NCBI RefSeq assembly: GCF_022045235.1
Contig: NW_027266275.1
Span: forward strand, 70,804,001 to 70,868,000
Direction of reading: 5' to 3'
Length of the DNA stretch: 64,000 nucleotides
Source of the DNA: Haliotis cracherodii
Lineage: Eukaryota
The stretch's first letter is position 1. Each line of letters starts with the position of its first letter. The notes under the pieces are model-generated. The model was not told the origin of the DNA. It saw nothing but the letters and a program-made list of their open reading frames with translations, and did no database searches. The translations under genes were made by a program, and so were the position numbers. Shown one piece after another: positions 9,601 to 21,165 of this stretch.

Positions 9601-12294
9601 ATGACAAGATATTATTAAATTACCAAAAGCCTGTCAGATGTATTTGACATCATTCCTGTAATTTTCACCACTTTTTTTACGCCAAATGCAATTTGTTTCG
9701 ACAGATAAACTAGTCTGATTTGTCCTCGGGTGTTTACGTTTATCTCATAAATATCTATTGCAAATGAAACAGAAATGCACGCTAGATACCCCGTACTGCA
9801 TCATCAGCTGTAAACACTGATGCTTTGTCCGAAATGTCTCCAGTCCAGTCAAACTCCGTCCTTGTCTGACACAAACACTGAAATGAGTTGGCTTCATCGG
9901 TCATTAACTGCTGGTACACGTTTGCATATTTCTTCTTTAGGCTGTGTTTAAAGGCACTGAAGTCTTTAACATGTCCCTGTAACCGTTTCCATTTATCGTC
10001 ATGACTTAGAGCATCGTTCCTCATGTCATCTGTCACTGCCATTGAAATGATATCGTTACTTAGCATGTCCTCTGCAATGTCACGAAGTTCAACTGTGTCT
10101 TTCATGTAACACACAGAGCATTTATGAAGAACGTTAATGCCTTTGGAACTTGAGAAACTTCTTCTCAGAGTTTCCTCTAAAACGGGATGTTCTTTTTTCA
10201 GAGCTGGAAGAAATTTCTGTTCAAACGCCGCTGTCGTTATTCTTCCATTTAAAAAATGAAGGAAGCGTTCGTTCCGCCTTCTGTCTTTTCGCATGCTCGA
10301 AGCATCAGTGGCAGACATGAGGTCGTCTTCTATCAGCTGGTCTAGCAGCATCGTACGATCCAGCATGAGATCCCTGCGAAGAACGTGGTAGCAATCCCGG
10401 ATGACATGCTGGTGCCTTGTGGAGTGTGAACCTGGTTCCATACAAAGAACACATTGTGTTAGATATTTTCTCATTAATATTTGAATAACTTTACGATAAA
10501 TGGAATGAGCAAGTGCCCCTTAGATAGTGATGGTCAAAACCGTGTTCTTCAAGACCTGCATTGATGAGATCTCTTTTGAATTACGGTAAATTAGAATTGC
10601 TAGATAGATAAATGGCAATGTTCCAGATGCTATGGAATTACGTATTCAAACAATCACACCAAATTTAAATATAAGTACACACACATATACGCATCAAGAA
10701 GGGGCTGAGATGGTATGTGTTGGCAGTCATAATGTTACAACAATCAAAAAGTCAGGATGTTTTTGTGTGGATAATCTTCATTCCTATCCACACTGGATTG
10801 AAAGCACTTATGAAATTGTTCTAACGAGCAAAATGACAATGTATTGACAATGGATAGAATATGTATGTCCAGGATACCCATGTGATACTGGAGACCATGC
10901 TATTTAGCAAATCTCCATGAAATATGAAAAAAATAACTATTATGTATACATTACGGTGGCCCATAAGGGACATGGAGTCTGTTTTTCAATATTTTGATGT
11001 TTCACTTACTTTTATCGTAACCTTTTGCAAATTAACATAATTTGCCATACAAATATGTGATAAATCATGTATAAAACATCCGAAAACATGGAAAATGTAC
11101 TCTCAAGTAGCTATTTAGTCAAAAACTAAAATGGAAATGTCAAAAACCAAAACGAAAAGGTCAAAAACTAAAATGAAACCACAGAAAACTATTTCCATCG
11201 CGGTGTAAATATTATTACCGCGGTGGGAATAGTTTTCACCGCGGTGGAAATAGTTTTCTGTATTTTCATTTTAGTTTTTGACATTTTCGCTTTTGTTTTT
11301 GACATTTTCTTTTTAGTTTTTGACATTTTCGTTTTTGTTTTTGACATTTTCATTTTAGTTTCTGACATTTTCGTTTGGTTTTTCAGCGATTCAATATCTT
11401 CTTTACACATGATTTATCATATATTTGTAAGACAAATCGTGTTAATTTGCAAAAGGTTACGATAAATGTAAGTGAAATATCAAAATATGGAAAAACAGAC
11501 TCCATGTCCCTTATGGGCCACCGTAATACACTGTAGACCACTGATATGTTTTCAATGTTTTTCATATATTCAAACCAGTGGTTTAGTTTTCATGAAAGTA
11601 GTATCTGAAAACTTGTTGTATTTTACTGTTTTAATCAATTATATTCATGTAAAGGGTTGATACTTCTTGACAGTAATCTATCATGTAAGTGTGACTACAC
11701 ATTGTGAGTGAGTGAGTGAGTGAATCTGGTTTTAAGCCGTTTTTTGCAATATTCCAGCAATTTCACGGAGGGGGACACCAGAAATAGGTTTCACACATTG
11801 TACCCACTACACATTGTGAACATACCAACATTGAATGATGGGTATTCAAGCTGATGGGGAACCTGAACATCCATTTGTCTGAATCCTTGCATTAGTGAGT
11901 CTTCATAAAAACGGAGCATGTTCTCTATATCCTGGTCATGGACGCCAACATCTTTACTCAGATTATATGCTTTTTCTGCATATGATTTTACTCTTTCCCC
12001 AAGCATTTGCACACCAAATGAAATGATATTTTCAATGATCGCCAGTACTCCGTCTTGTGAATCCGTTTGACGATCCAAATATGGCTTGGCAAATAATTCA
12101 AAGATTTTTCTGTTGACGTCTTCTAGAGATCGTTCTCCTACTGGTACATTTCTGTTTCCGTCTGGCACAGTTGTGTTATTTGGACTTTGATGGTCATTCT
12201 CCCCAGCATCAGACGTGTCAGACGTCAGGTCTTCAGCGCTATCATACAGAGACTCGTCCGAGTCGGATGTGTTCCTGTGTGTACGAAACTCCAT
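6609..12294 (-). CDS. Predicted ~637-aa protein: acidic N-terminus, two CARD/death-fold-like domains, Pro-rich linker, C-terminal PABC/MLLE domain
   Basis: Exons 12294-11826, 10518-9797, 9585-9577 (9-nt microexon), 9053-9000, 8879-8762, 8364-8158, 7830-7799, 7098-6877, 6689-6609; all GT-AG with compatible phases (1,0,0,0,1,1,0,0); total 1914 nt. The MLLE is clear: YLGNRLYPKV...PGKITGMLLELD...ELKFK|VDEAEQILQKH. CARD-like segment: HVIRDCYHVLRRDLMLDRTMLLDQLIEDDLMS...RNERFLHFLNGR...FLPALKKEHPVLEETL. Probable 5'UTR exon donor at 13129. The acceptor at 10518 and donor at 9797 are weaker sites. Confidence 0.65.
6660..7060 (-). other. PABC/MLLE domain-coding segment (two exons)
   Basis: Signature GKITGMLLE plus flanking LG-RLYP and K|VDEA--L--H, as in PABPC and UBR5 MLLE domains. 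Confidence 0.92.
7252..7382. mobile_element. Short Tc1/mariner-type MITE
   Basis: tatactgaacaaaa ... ttttcttcagtata termini with TA flanks. Confidence 0.55.
7480..7712 (+). mobile_element. Degenerate SINE with the shared 3' tail
   Basis: Ends gatataactggaatattgctgac...aaaacaacattcactcactcactca. Confidence 0.6.
7815..8015. repeat. ~70-bp degenerate tandem repeat (about 3 copies) overlapping the acceptor of the 7830-7799 exon
   Basis: Motif ct(g/a)(c/a)aaatgaga...acttga...acat...gtctgag recurs at ~7831, 7902 and 7972. Confidence 0.6.
8538..8700 (-). mobile_element. SINE family A
   Basis: Reverse complement of the family A consensus. Confidence 0.88.
9172..9400. mobile_element. Inverted pair of Penelope-like element 3' modules
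   Basis: 9172-9230 (-) and 9305-9400 (+) both match the module downstream of the RT at 37660 (aacacctggtatcatcactatttgatagtgattcataaaca). Confidence 0.6.
10952..11525. mobile_element. Foldback/MITE with long terminal inverted repeats and internal 21-bp subrepeats
   Basis: tacggtggcccataagggacatggagtctgttttt... versus ...aaaaacagactccatgtcccttatgggccaccgta; inner arms built from aaaaactaaaatgaaaatgtc units; flanks atacat / atacac (6-bp TSD with one mismatch). Confidence 0.85.
11705..11806 (-). mobile_element. SINE family A, 3' portion
   Basis: (gagt)n plus gcaatattccagcaat...ggggacaccagaaat. Confidence 0.75.
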
Positions 12295-12512
12295 TTTGTT
12301 GCTACAATAAAACAAATACCAAATAATACAAATTCATAGGCATATGGTGGTTACTACTCGAAGATGCATTAATGGCATGGGTGGCAAAAACGTGATGGAG
12401 AGCGAGTGACTGAGCGAGAGTGGCCGAATACCCAGTACTTAAAGAAAGAGATTTATGAACGTGTTTGTTGATTTAGAACTTTCACACACTTTGTTCATCT
12501 AAGTGGAGCCAC

Positions 12513-12514
<2 letters not shown>

Positions 12515-12590
<76 letters not shown>
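12515..12590. repeat. (GA)n microsatellite
   Basis: Perfect GA run. Confidence 0.98.
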
Positions 12591-12591
<1 letters not shown>

Positions 12592-12592
<1 letters not shown>

Positions 12593-13022
12593 CAGTCAAT
12601 AGTGTGACCCACATATCTCTTTTCCACGAAGCCATACCGACAAACACTCCCTGGAAAGCGGACATTGTTACACACTAAATATCTGCATTTGCAATAACTG
12701 GTTCCACAGCAATTTGATGTATCATATATGATATCTGAATATACAATACATATTTCTGTGGACAATCACTAACAAATAAATATATAACCAGTTTCTCTGT
12801 CTGTGTTTCTTGTGTCACGGTGACCTTAGTCAATAGTGTGACCCACATATCTCTTTTCCACGAAGCGATACCGACAAACACTTCCTGGAAAGCGGACATT
12901 GTACACAATGAATATCTGCATTTGCAATAACTGTTTCCACAGTAATTTGATGTATCATATATATCTGAACATACAATACTTATTTCTGTGACAATCACTA
13001 ACTGAGCAATATATAACCAGTT
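12592..13022. repeat. Tandem duplication, ~235-bp period, 2 copies
   Basis: agtcaatagtgtgacccacatatctcttttccacgaagc... at ~12594 and ~12828. Confidence 0.85.
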
Positions 13023-14719
13023 ACTCCTAATAACTAGAACAATCTAACCATTATCTAACACCTAGGAGCATTATCTGTTACATGCTGTTTCCATCCAAAT
13101 CCACGATATAATGAATACATTTACTTACCTTGGCCTCCCTGATAATAAATTATTTGAATCCTGTCTGTTTTATATAAGTAAGGTTTCACTTTATAATCAC
13201 TATCTAACTCGTCAGTAACACCACGTAGCCGTTTGCAGTGTAGTATAAACGGTTCGATAATCACAGCCACGCAATTGTTTAACGATTTTTACGCATATGT
13301 CAAGTATACTACTAAAACGAACTTACAGAACACCCGATCAGAACACCCCATGAGAGATAAACTATAGTCATATGATAACTATTGAGTGTCCTTCACCTTC
13401 TTAAAGTAGTATAAATCACAATACCCAATAGACACAATTTCTTTACCCACCTTATTCCCACAAACTACACATAACCTGAACTTTCGGTTACAGCGCGTTG
13501 ACTTCCATGCTGCTCAGCCATTGATAACAAAAAACAAAGTTTGTTTACACTTATCTTTTCGAATGTGACGTAATGAAACAAGATACATAGCGCTGTATAT
13601 CGAGGCTCTAGCTGATAAGATATCGAATGACGTTTGTATGACATGGAAATATATTTCAAATGAATGACATACTATGTATAAAGTGAGGACATTACGAACT
13701 TATGTCGCGGTCTTCGTTCGTGGCCCCACCGTCCACTAGGTCAGCTCAAAACCTAAAAACCCCCGACATAAACTTGAAATTAAATTGAACTCGTGTAGTC
13801 ATGGTTACATCCTGTAAGTACTTTACAACAAAACATTGCAATCTCCTTGACAATGTGTTTGTTAATGTTGATTGTGAGAGTATCTTGATTAGGAAAAATT
13901 TAGTTATTTTCAACTTTTTTTATTTTTGACTATATAAACCATTTTAGATCATGTTACTTTATGTATCAATGTGAAAACACTAGTGGAATATTATGAAAGA
14001 AAATAACTATGTATAATACAACGTATCTTTGGAAACAAAATTGTATATATCCAACAAATTCTCTATTAAGTGCAGTTTTCAGTACTACGGAATCATCCTA
14101 TCCCTATGTTCTCATGTTTGCGCTTCATAAAATTATTCCTTTAACTTCCATAGCTTTTGATTTTAATTTATGTATTGCATAAGGTACGTTATAATTGGTG
14201 GAAGTTCGACCACTGATAATGCTGTTTCCTCCACCATCACCTTTGTAGATGTGGAGTATTAAAATGCCCGGAATATTTTTAACATTAGGATCTCGTACCC
14301 CATGCATGTGAAAACGAACAATTCAAGGAACCAGTTCAAAAGTTCGATGTAGGATAAAAAAATAATAATTCCGTACGTTTTGAAACATCCCCCTCCCCCA
14401 AATGTGACGCGTATAACTTTTCATTGTTTACTTTTTGACCACGTTATTCTTTTTAATGTTCAAATTTCACCAAGGTTCATTCCAACAGTCACATCCTCTA
14501 TCTCTGCTTAGCTGCAAAACAATAAACACAGTTATCATTAAACGTCAGCACACAGTTCTGCCAAAACAGATATTTTTTTCCATCTCTGAATGATTTCATA
14601 ACCATCATTACAACGCCAGCCGAGATATAAAGAATTTGATTATACTCGTGTCATTCTAGTACGCCTGTTTGATCATATTGGTTTCCACTGACATTTGCCT
14701 CGGACTTACTGCTCCTAAA

Positions 14720-14950
14720 ATCTTTTCCATGTAACCCTGGGGATAGGCTTTGATAAAGGTCAAGGTCACCTGTAAGGTAAAGGTCATTGCTTACAAGAAA
14801 TGGCTAAAAAAGGCATGGCGACACAATAACTGCCAAACTATTTATCGGATTTCTTTCAAACTTGGTACAATTAAACGACCGGAAGGAGTCTCGATTTGGT
14901 TTGGGGTCAAATTTGTCAAAGGTCAAGGTAACGGCTTGTGATTTTATACA
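14720..14950. mobile_element. Possible Helitron/Helentron-associated repeat fragment
   Basis: aaaggtcaaggtcac and ttcaaacttggtaca motifs, which I associate with molluscan non-autonomous repeats. Confidence 0.35.
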
Positions 14951-14990
14951 ACATGCCTATAGATTTTTACTGACCTGTTCATATCTAAAC

Positions 14991-15263
14991 GGGGGCACGG
15001 GTGACCCAGTCGTCTAAGGCGCCGCGATTCGCTGTGCAGAGTCCCGTGGACACGCTAGAAACCTATGATTGTGGGTTCGAATCCCGGTTCGCCCCGACTA
15101 TGTTTCTAGGTTTGTCAGGACCCTACCCGTGCTCGTGGGTTTCACCGAAGTGATAAACGTCTGAGACCTGTATCACTCAGGGCTTTCCTCCCACATTAAG
15201 CTGACACGCCGCAATATAACTGGAATACTGTTGAAAGCGGCGTTAAACACAACTCACTCACTC
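14991..15263 (+). mobile_element. tRNA-headed SINE, family D (V-domain-like centre)
   Basis: Head ggttcgaatccc, centre gggctttcctcccaca, shared 3' tail; TSD atatctaaac; other copies at 23337, 29945 and 33003. Confidence 0.85.
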
Positions 15264-16026
15264 ATATCTAAACTGACGACCAAAAGAGAGTACACATCTC
15301 AGTTGATTTTATCATTTGTTTCTTTTTCAATTTCAGGTTTCTCCAGGTGCAGATATAGTGTCCCAAAAATGAATAGTACTAGAGTTTAGTCAGTACTCAA
15401 AGAATACCACTGTATGATTTTAAATTTTTAAATACAATACCTTCAACCTGATAGACAGGATGAGTCCTGCACAAGATGAGACAAGACAGGGCAGAGGGGG
15501 TCGTAATACTGCTGGACTGGCCAGTCGGACACTGGTGTCCTGTAGGCAAGAGGATGTTGGTTGAGCCTCAAGTCCTGTAGCATCCCAGAGCAAATCTACT
15601 TCATCTGCCAGAGAATCACTGTGTTTAATACAACTAGACTTGGGCCGTAGGTATTAGTGTGTCTATCCCAGCAGGACTTCAAATGGATACTGTATTGAAC
15701 TTTGCAGGTTGGACCAGAGGAAACATTATCGCCAAATTCTGTAAGCGTTGTATACGTTCAAAACAAAGTAATAACGTTTCTAGACTGTGTTGAGTTGTCG
15801 GTAGATATGGATTATGAAGCTAGTCGTGATGGAGTAGTTTCCCCTGGACCATATACGAGATGTAAATATGTTCACAGGAATGTTTTCCATGCTGATGTCG
15901 GAAGGTATTTAATTCAATTCAATTGTATGAATTTGTATATTTTTGTTTTCTTTTGTTTGAGGAACGTGTTCTTGTGTATATGTTGAATGGATGCAGTGGT
16001 TATGTACACATGTCATCATGCATCCG

Positions 16027-16165
16027 TTGCAATTTCTCTAAAGTATCATGTGATTCCCCATTGTTACCATGGTGATGGAGAATGAAAAATTATATGAACT
16101 TACCTGGAAGTGAAGTTTGATTGAGAGTCTCCAGATCCATGGTAACACAACGGGGAATTACATGC
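16027..16165. repeat. Short palindromic element
   Basis: catgtgattccccattgttaccatgg versus ccatggtaacacaacggggaatttacatg. Confidence 0.55.
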
Positions 16166-16329
16166 CCTCATTACCTAATACCTCGGGACTATGAACTCAC
16201 TGACGAGTAAAGCTTTATATGGTAATGATGTTTGCATGGAGATAATAAGTTCTATGTAATGTATACATGATAACACTGTATGCTGGGATTGATGAAGTCT
16301 TCTCATATAATTCCCATTAGTGTTCGTTT

Positions 16330-17720
16330 ATTTTTTCAATTAAACTTCCCTTGATACTATTAATGTTGAGAACGCATGCTGCCACTGAGAAGTTGGTTCT
16401 ATCATCAGACATGAGCTTCTTCACTTCCCTTTGATAGATGGGAACCGCCTCAGAGCATTCATGAAAGCAGAAGTACGAAGCTCCTCAATAACTTCAATGC
16501 CATGCCCATCTTTTACTATTTGCTTGATCTCCTCTAGTTGGTCTTTTGACGACCGACCACAGACCAAACGGAGGAGGACCGCCAGCAGATCAGGGTTTCG
16601 GAGTTGGGTTTCGTGATCACGGAGCTTGCGGCAGCTCCTGTACATGTATGCCCCTGATGTTTTACTTGTTCATGGTAATGGCACACAAGAAGAGTTGCGA
16701 TGTGATTATGGCCAGGGATTATAAGATTGTTTTTGTGACCAGTACTCACAGATGCCTTAATGAGACGGCAATTTACTCTTCTTCATCATGTCCTTTTACA
16801 TAGACGTTATTTTGAAATTGTTTGGTGATAGAGCGTTCATACACAACGTAAGTTTGGGTGCTCACAATACTTGTACATGAAAAGTCTGTTTCAGTGTTAA
16901 CTTGACATTTGAGATTTCACATCAGTTTCTTGGAAATGTCCATTCCCGTCTGAGAAGTTCTCACTACGAAATTATCCGTGTGAAACACTTGTAACAAATC
17001 TGTGTTACTTTCTGAGTCCTCAAACAATGTGTCCATGTGCTGATCAGTCTCAGGGTTTTGAGAAGGTCCTTGAAGCCATGGACTGCTCCTAATTAACGTG
17101 GCCTAGACCACTCTTGTTGCATTATCCTCCGGAATGGAATCTGTTGCCACTATTTTCAATGTTGTGGAGACGATACTTTCCTGATGCCAGCCACTCTATT
17201 GGCAAAATACACTGAAAACCTCATAGTTTGTTATAAATGTATTCTAGTAGAATCCTACTATCTGTATAATAGCTGACAGATGTATATGTACATTGAATGT
17301 CAAAGCACTCACACAACAACCTTCCAATATCTACTGCTATCAATGCTGTGCATGAATTCCAGCTGAGAAATGGTACATATATGTCCATGGGTCGTTGCAG
17401 CCTTTGCTGTGCCAAGGATAAATTCTATGTGCGTCTTTCCATTCTTGTCATCCACATTTGTGATAAGCCACAGCTGCTATAACGTTTTCAGATGCATCAG
17501 AATATATGCATCTTTCTTTCTTTACAATATGTTGAAGAGGCACTGGTAATACTGCTTGTGGGATCATTAACTGCTAAAATGACTTTAAAGGGTCTCTCAC
17601 GTGTCCCATTCCCCTTGAGGTTCATCACATTCCACTTTCAACATCGTGGGTGGTACCTTTCCTTTAATGATTACAGGGTCTACTTAACCCATGGTGTCAA
17701 AGAGACGATTAATGGTTGAA
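16330..17720 (-). mobile_element. BEL/Pao LTR retrotransposon pol remnant (RNase H and integrase)
   Basis: Peptides YTDSRILL, WLQGPS, LIIPGHNHIATLLVCHYHEQVKHQG, IEVIEELRTSAFMNALRRF and SDDRTNF; frameshifted. Confidence 0.85.
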
Positions 17721-19329
17721 AGCACTCCACATCTCATATCATGCCCAGACTATGCAGTAGAGTGAATGTAGTTTCCTTCAAGTTCAAATCTTTGAATACT
17801 TTTGCGTCAAAGGGTTTAGTCGTTGTTATTTACATTAATCTATAAAATCGTTAGTAGATAGGATGTGTGATTCATTAATATATTAATCACGGATATATTC
17901 CCCGTTTCGAAGTGGTATAACATAAGATCTATGTCAGAAGCCTTATTCCAATTTAGCTGAATAATACCGTTTAGTTACAAACATAATGTTCATACAGACA
18001 TGAATGGTACAGAAAATAAGGTAAAGCTGTATCCGTTGTGTATGGGGTCTTCAAACAGATGGATCTGACGTATTACACTTTTTGTTCACAGTGAGAGGGT
18101 TAGTGTAGTGTACCAGCTAATCACGGTCTCTATATAACCCTAACTGGTCCAGGCACATCATGGGTAACAACATGAGCAACGTTCCACGCCATCAGGGAAT
18201 GGTGCCACACGATCAGCCAGGTCACACGTTGTAAATAAAGTAAAGTGGGAAGATTTCCATAAATAACAAAACCATTTGCAATAACTTCTGAAAACCATCT
18301 TTATTAAGATCGAGGAGATACATGTCATGTATATATTTTAATATATTGACTGATCCGACGATGTGGGCTGATATACTTGGGGTCTGAACATTTGGAATAT
18401 AACTTTTGAATACGGTCATCAATGTTTAATCATGACGTTTATTGTTACTGAAAAAAGCGACAAAAACTACCATATTCAGAGCAAGTCACTTGTAAGATTC
18501 CGACTATATAGTGATGTTGCCAGGTACTCCCGATCCTCATGATATTCCTCTATTACAACTCATATGGGGTACTAATGACTTATTCTGCCACGGATCTGCA
18601 CAGGGTATTGTTTTGAAATAATATGTCACGATTGACTTGCTCTGTAATAGCAACATGTAAAGGTTGCTCATAGATTTCCCGGAAGTACAACTAGTTTATG
18701 ACGATGGTGTTTGCTTCTACATAAATCCTTAAAGAACAGCTCATCCTGTACAAGAGCTGTAAATGACTTGCAGCCTCTGGTACAATATATATGTTATGGT
18801 TGTTATATATGAGACGAGGTCAAGATTGAGGGACCGATCCTTGTATTTTTATTTGCTTATGTACAAACATTTTAATTCCCTTCATCTTAGGTGGTAACTA
18901 AATAACCAATTTTGCCTTTTTTTAATACAAAACATATTCTTAAAGTGCAAACACTGCTCCTTATAATGATGGGTTCATTTCAGCAAGCTCCGAATCGGTC
19001 CAGTGCCTCTCAAAGTCAGCGGTGTGTGACCAAGCTGTTAACTGACATTTCTATAGCCTGTTTGACTATAGTCTGTTTCAGGTAATATCTATGAAGTGAC
19101 CGTCTGCCATCAACGTATAATTAAGATTAATTCGCATAATTATAAGATATAATATAATACAAAGGGATGTTTTAGAATAATATTTTATAAGGTTTTATTT
19201 CAGCATCAACATGTTCACACATTATTATTTTCAATGGTTACATGAACACATTTTACATGTAATGAGAGCTTCAATGTCATATAATTTTACAAACGTTTTT
19301 GTCAATTGTCTCTGACACTGGGAATACTA

Positions 19330-20049
19330 CTCTAAGTGCAGAAGATGTGACACTGCATCTACATACAACATCAGGTCTCGTCAGTAGTAAATTCCAACAT
19401 AAGGGTGTTCAACGTTTCTCCGAGGTCTCTGAAATTCTTTTCTGTGGTCTTGTGATGACATTTTGGTTCAGCTGCTAAATACTTATTTTTGTCACGGCTT
19501 GTTCTCTTTTCGGTACAGTTAACATCTTTTTACTCTTGTTTAATATGCTGTGCCACCCCTCACCATGGTTGGTGGTTCTGGGCCCCTCTGTCTGGAAGTG
19601 GTTCCAGGACTGCCATGGCAGTAGGTCTTCCACCCATTGTTCAGTCACATAGTCAGCAAATCTTGAAACAGTGTCAATATGTGTTGGACCATTGTTGATA
19701 ACCTCAAACCAAACACCTTCTACCAAGTTCAAAGGCACTAGTGTCAAAGCAGCTGCTCGTCTCACAAAACATCATCATCTGTCCGGTACAGATGCTGGAG
19801 TCCTGTTCTCGGGGCCTTTCACCACAAACACTGGGTGTAATGGAAATAACACTCTTTGACATCTGTAGTGGGGAACACAGTCTTCACATTGTTTCTTTCA
19901 GCAGTCTCAAAGTCCAAGAAAACACAAGATGGCGAGTGGTCAGGGAGTTCGTATTTTACAACTTGGAAAAGTCGTTTATAAATGGTCTCACTCTTGGCAA
20001 GAAGGACAGCATGCATCCATGGGAACATTACACCAAATGACGTGTACAT
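19330..20049 (-). mobile_element. Mutator (MULE) transposase remnant
   Basis: LLAKSETIYKRLF...LDFETAERN...CYFHYTQCLW and WNHF...RTTNHGEGWH motifs; contains stops. Confidence 0.85.
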
Positions 20050-20059
20050 AGTTTCATTA

Positions 20060-20700
20060 AGAAAGTGTCAGTATGTTGTGGCGATAGTACTGTCCAATGA
20101 CCCTTACTTGCACAATATGGAGATAGTTCGGTCAGTCACAGTGAGGCCACCCCACACCATAACTGTGTGAAGCTCATTTCTGGTGCCACCCCCCGCCCCC
20201 GTGATATTGCTGGAATATTTCTAAAAGCGGCGTAAAACCATATTCACTCACTCACCCCCACACCATAACTGATCCACCGCCAAATCTGACACGAGTTCTC
20301 GGGCTGACATTGGCTTGACGTTCATCTCGACGTCGCCAGGCACGACCACACCTATCAAGGAAGTACAAAGTGAATCGGGGCTCATCGGAAAACATTACAC
20401 TTGACCAGCGACGATTACCCCAGTTTCGGCGCTGACGTTTGTTGGCACTATAAAGATTTGTAAGGGGCTGCACAACACGTGGCCGTCGAGCCCATCTGAT
20501 CCGCAATTCGTACTCCAGTAGTCTAATGAAAGTTTGCAGCAATTTGATTTGCCGTTTGATCCCGATTTAGTAGTGTCTGGTTTCAGATCCTGTACTCTTG
20601 TCGTTGACCTGCGACGATCTTTTTGGTTTGTTAGTACGTGTTCCATACTAACCACAGACTGTGAAACATTGAAAGTACTGGCCACTGCAGACACCGCATC
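20060..20700 (-). mobile_element. Tc1-type transposase remnant
   Basis: VASTFNVSQSVVS (HTH), WSSVMFSDEPRF and FGGGSVMVWG. Confidence 0.88.
20166..20255 (+). mobile_element. 5'-truncated family A SINE inserted into the Tc1 transposase
   Basis: 16-bp TSD ccccacaccataactg at 20150-20165 and 20256-20271. Confidence 0.88.
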
Positions 20701-21165
20701 GCTGGTTCATACACAAATAATGAATGGAATTAAGTAAATCACAACCATATAATAAGCTGGATCCATACGATTAACAGAAATGGTCTTCAAAGATTTTTCT
20801 TCCTTGAAAGTGTAAACATCATGAATGACACCCTACGTACTTGTGTGGCGCTACACCTCCAAGCTTTCGGATATGTTGTTTTTTTTACAGACACAAACTT
20901 TCTTGAATAGGATGTTTGTCGTGTTCACTTATCTTAATTCTTTATACATTTACATTCATGACCCCCTACGTTTTGTAAGAGTATATATACACCTAATATT
21001 CAGTGATAAATAAAACCATTTGATCACAGTCACTTTTGTCGTTGAACATCAGATTGTCTATCCGCATAGACTGTTGCGACCATGTGAATAACGAGTCATC
21101 AGGATACGCTTTCACTCTGCGCGGTGAGCAAAGGCAAATGTCTGTACGTATACATCCTCGTACAC

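Noticed and set aside
11189-11465. KTKMKMS-repeat ORFs
   Set aside because: Produced by the 21-bp subrepeats of the foldback element.
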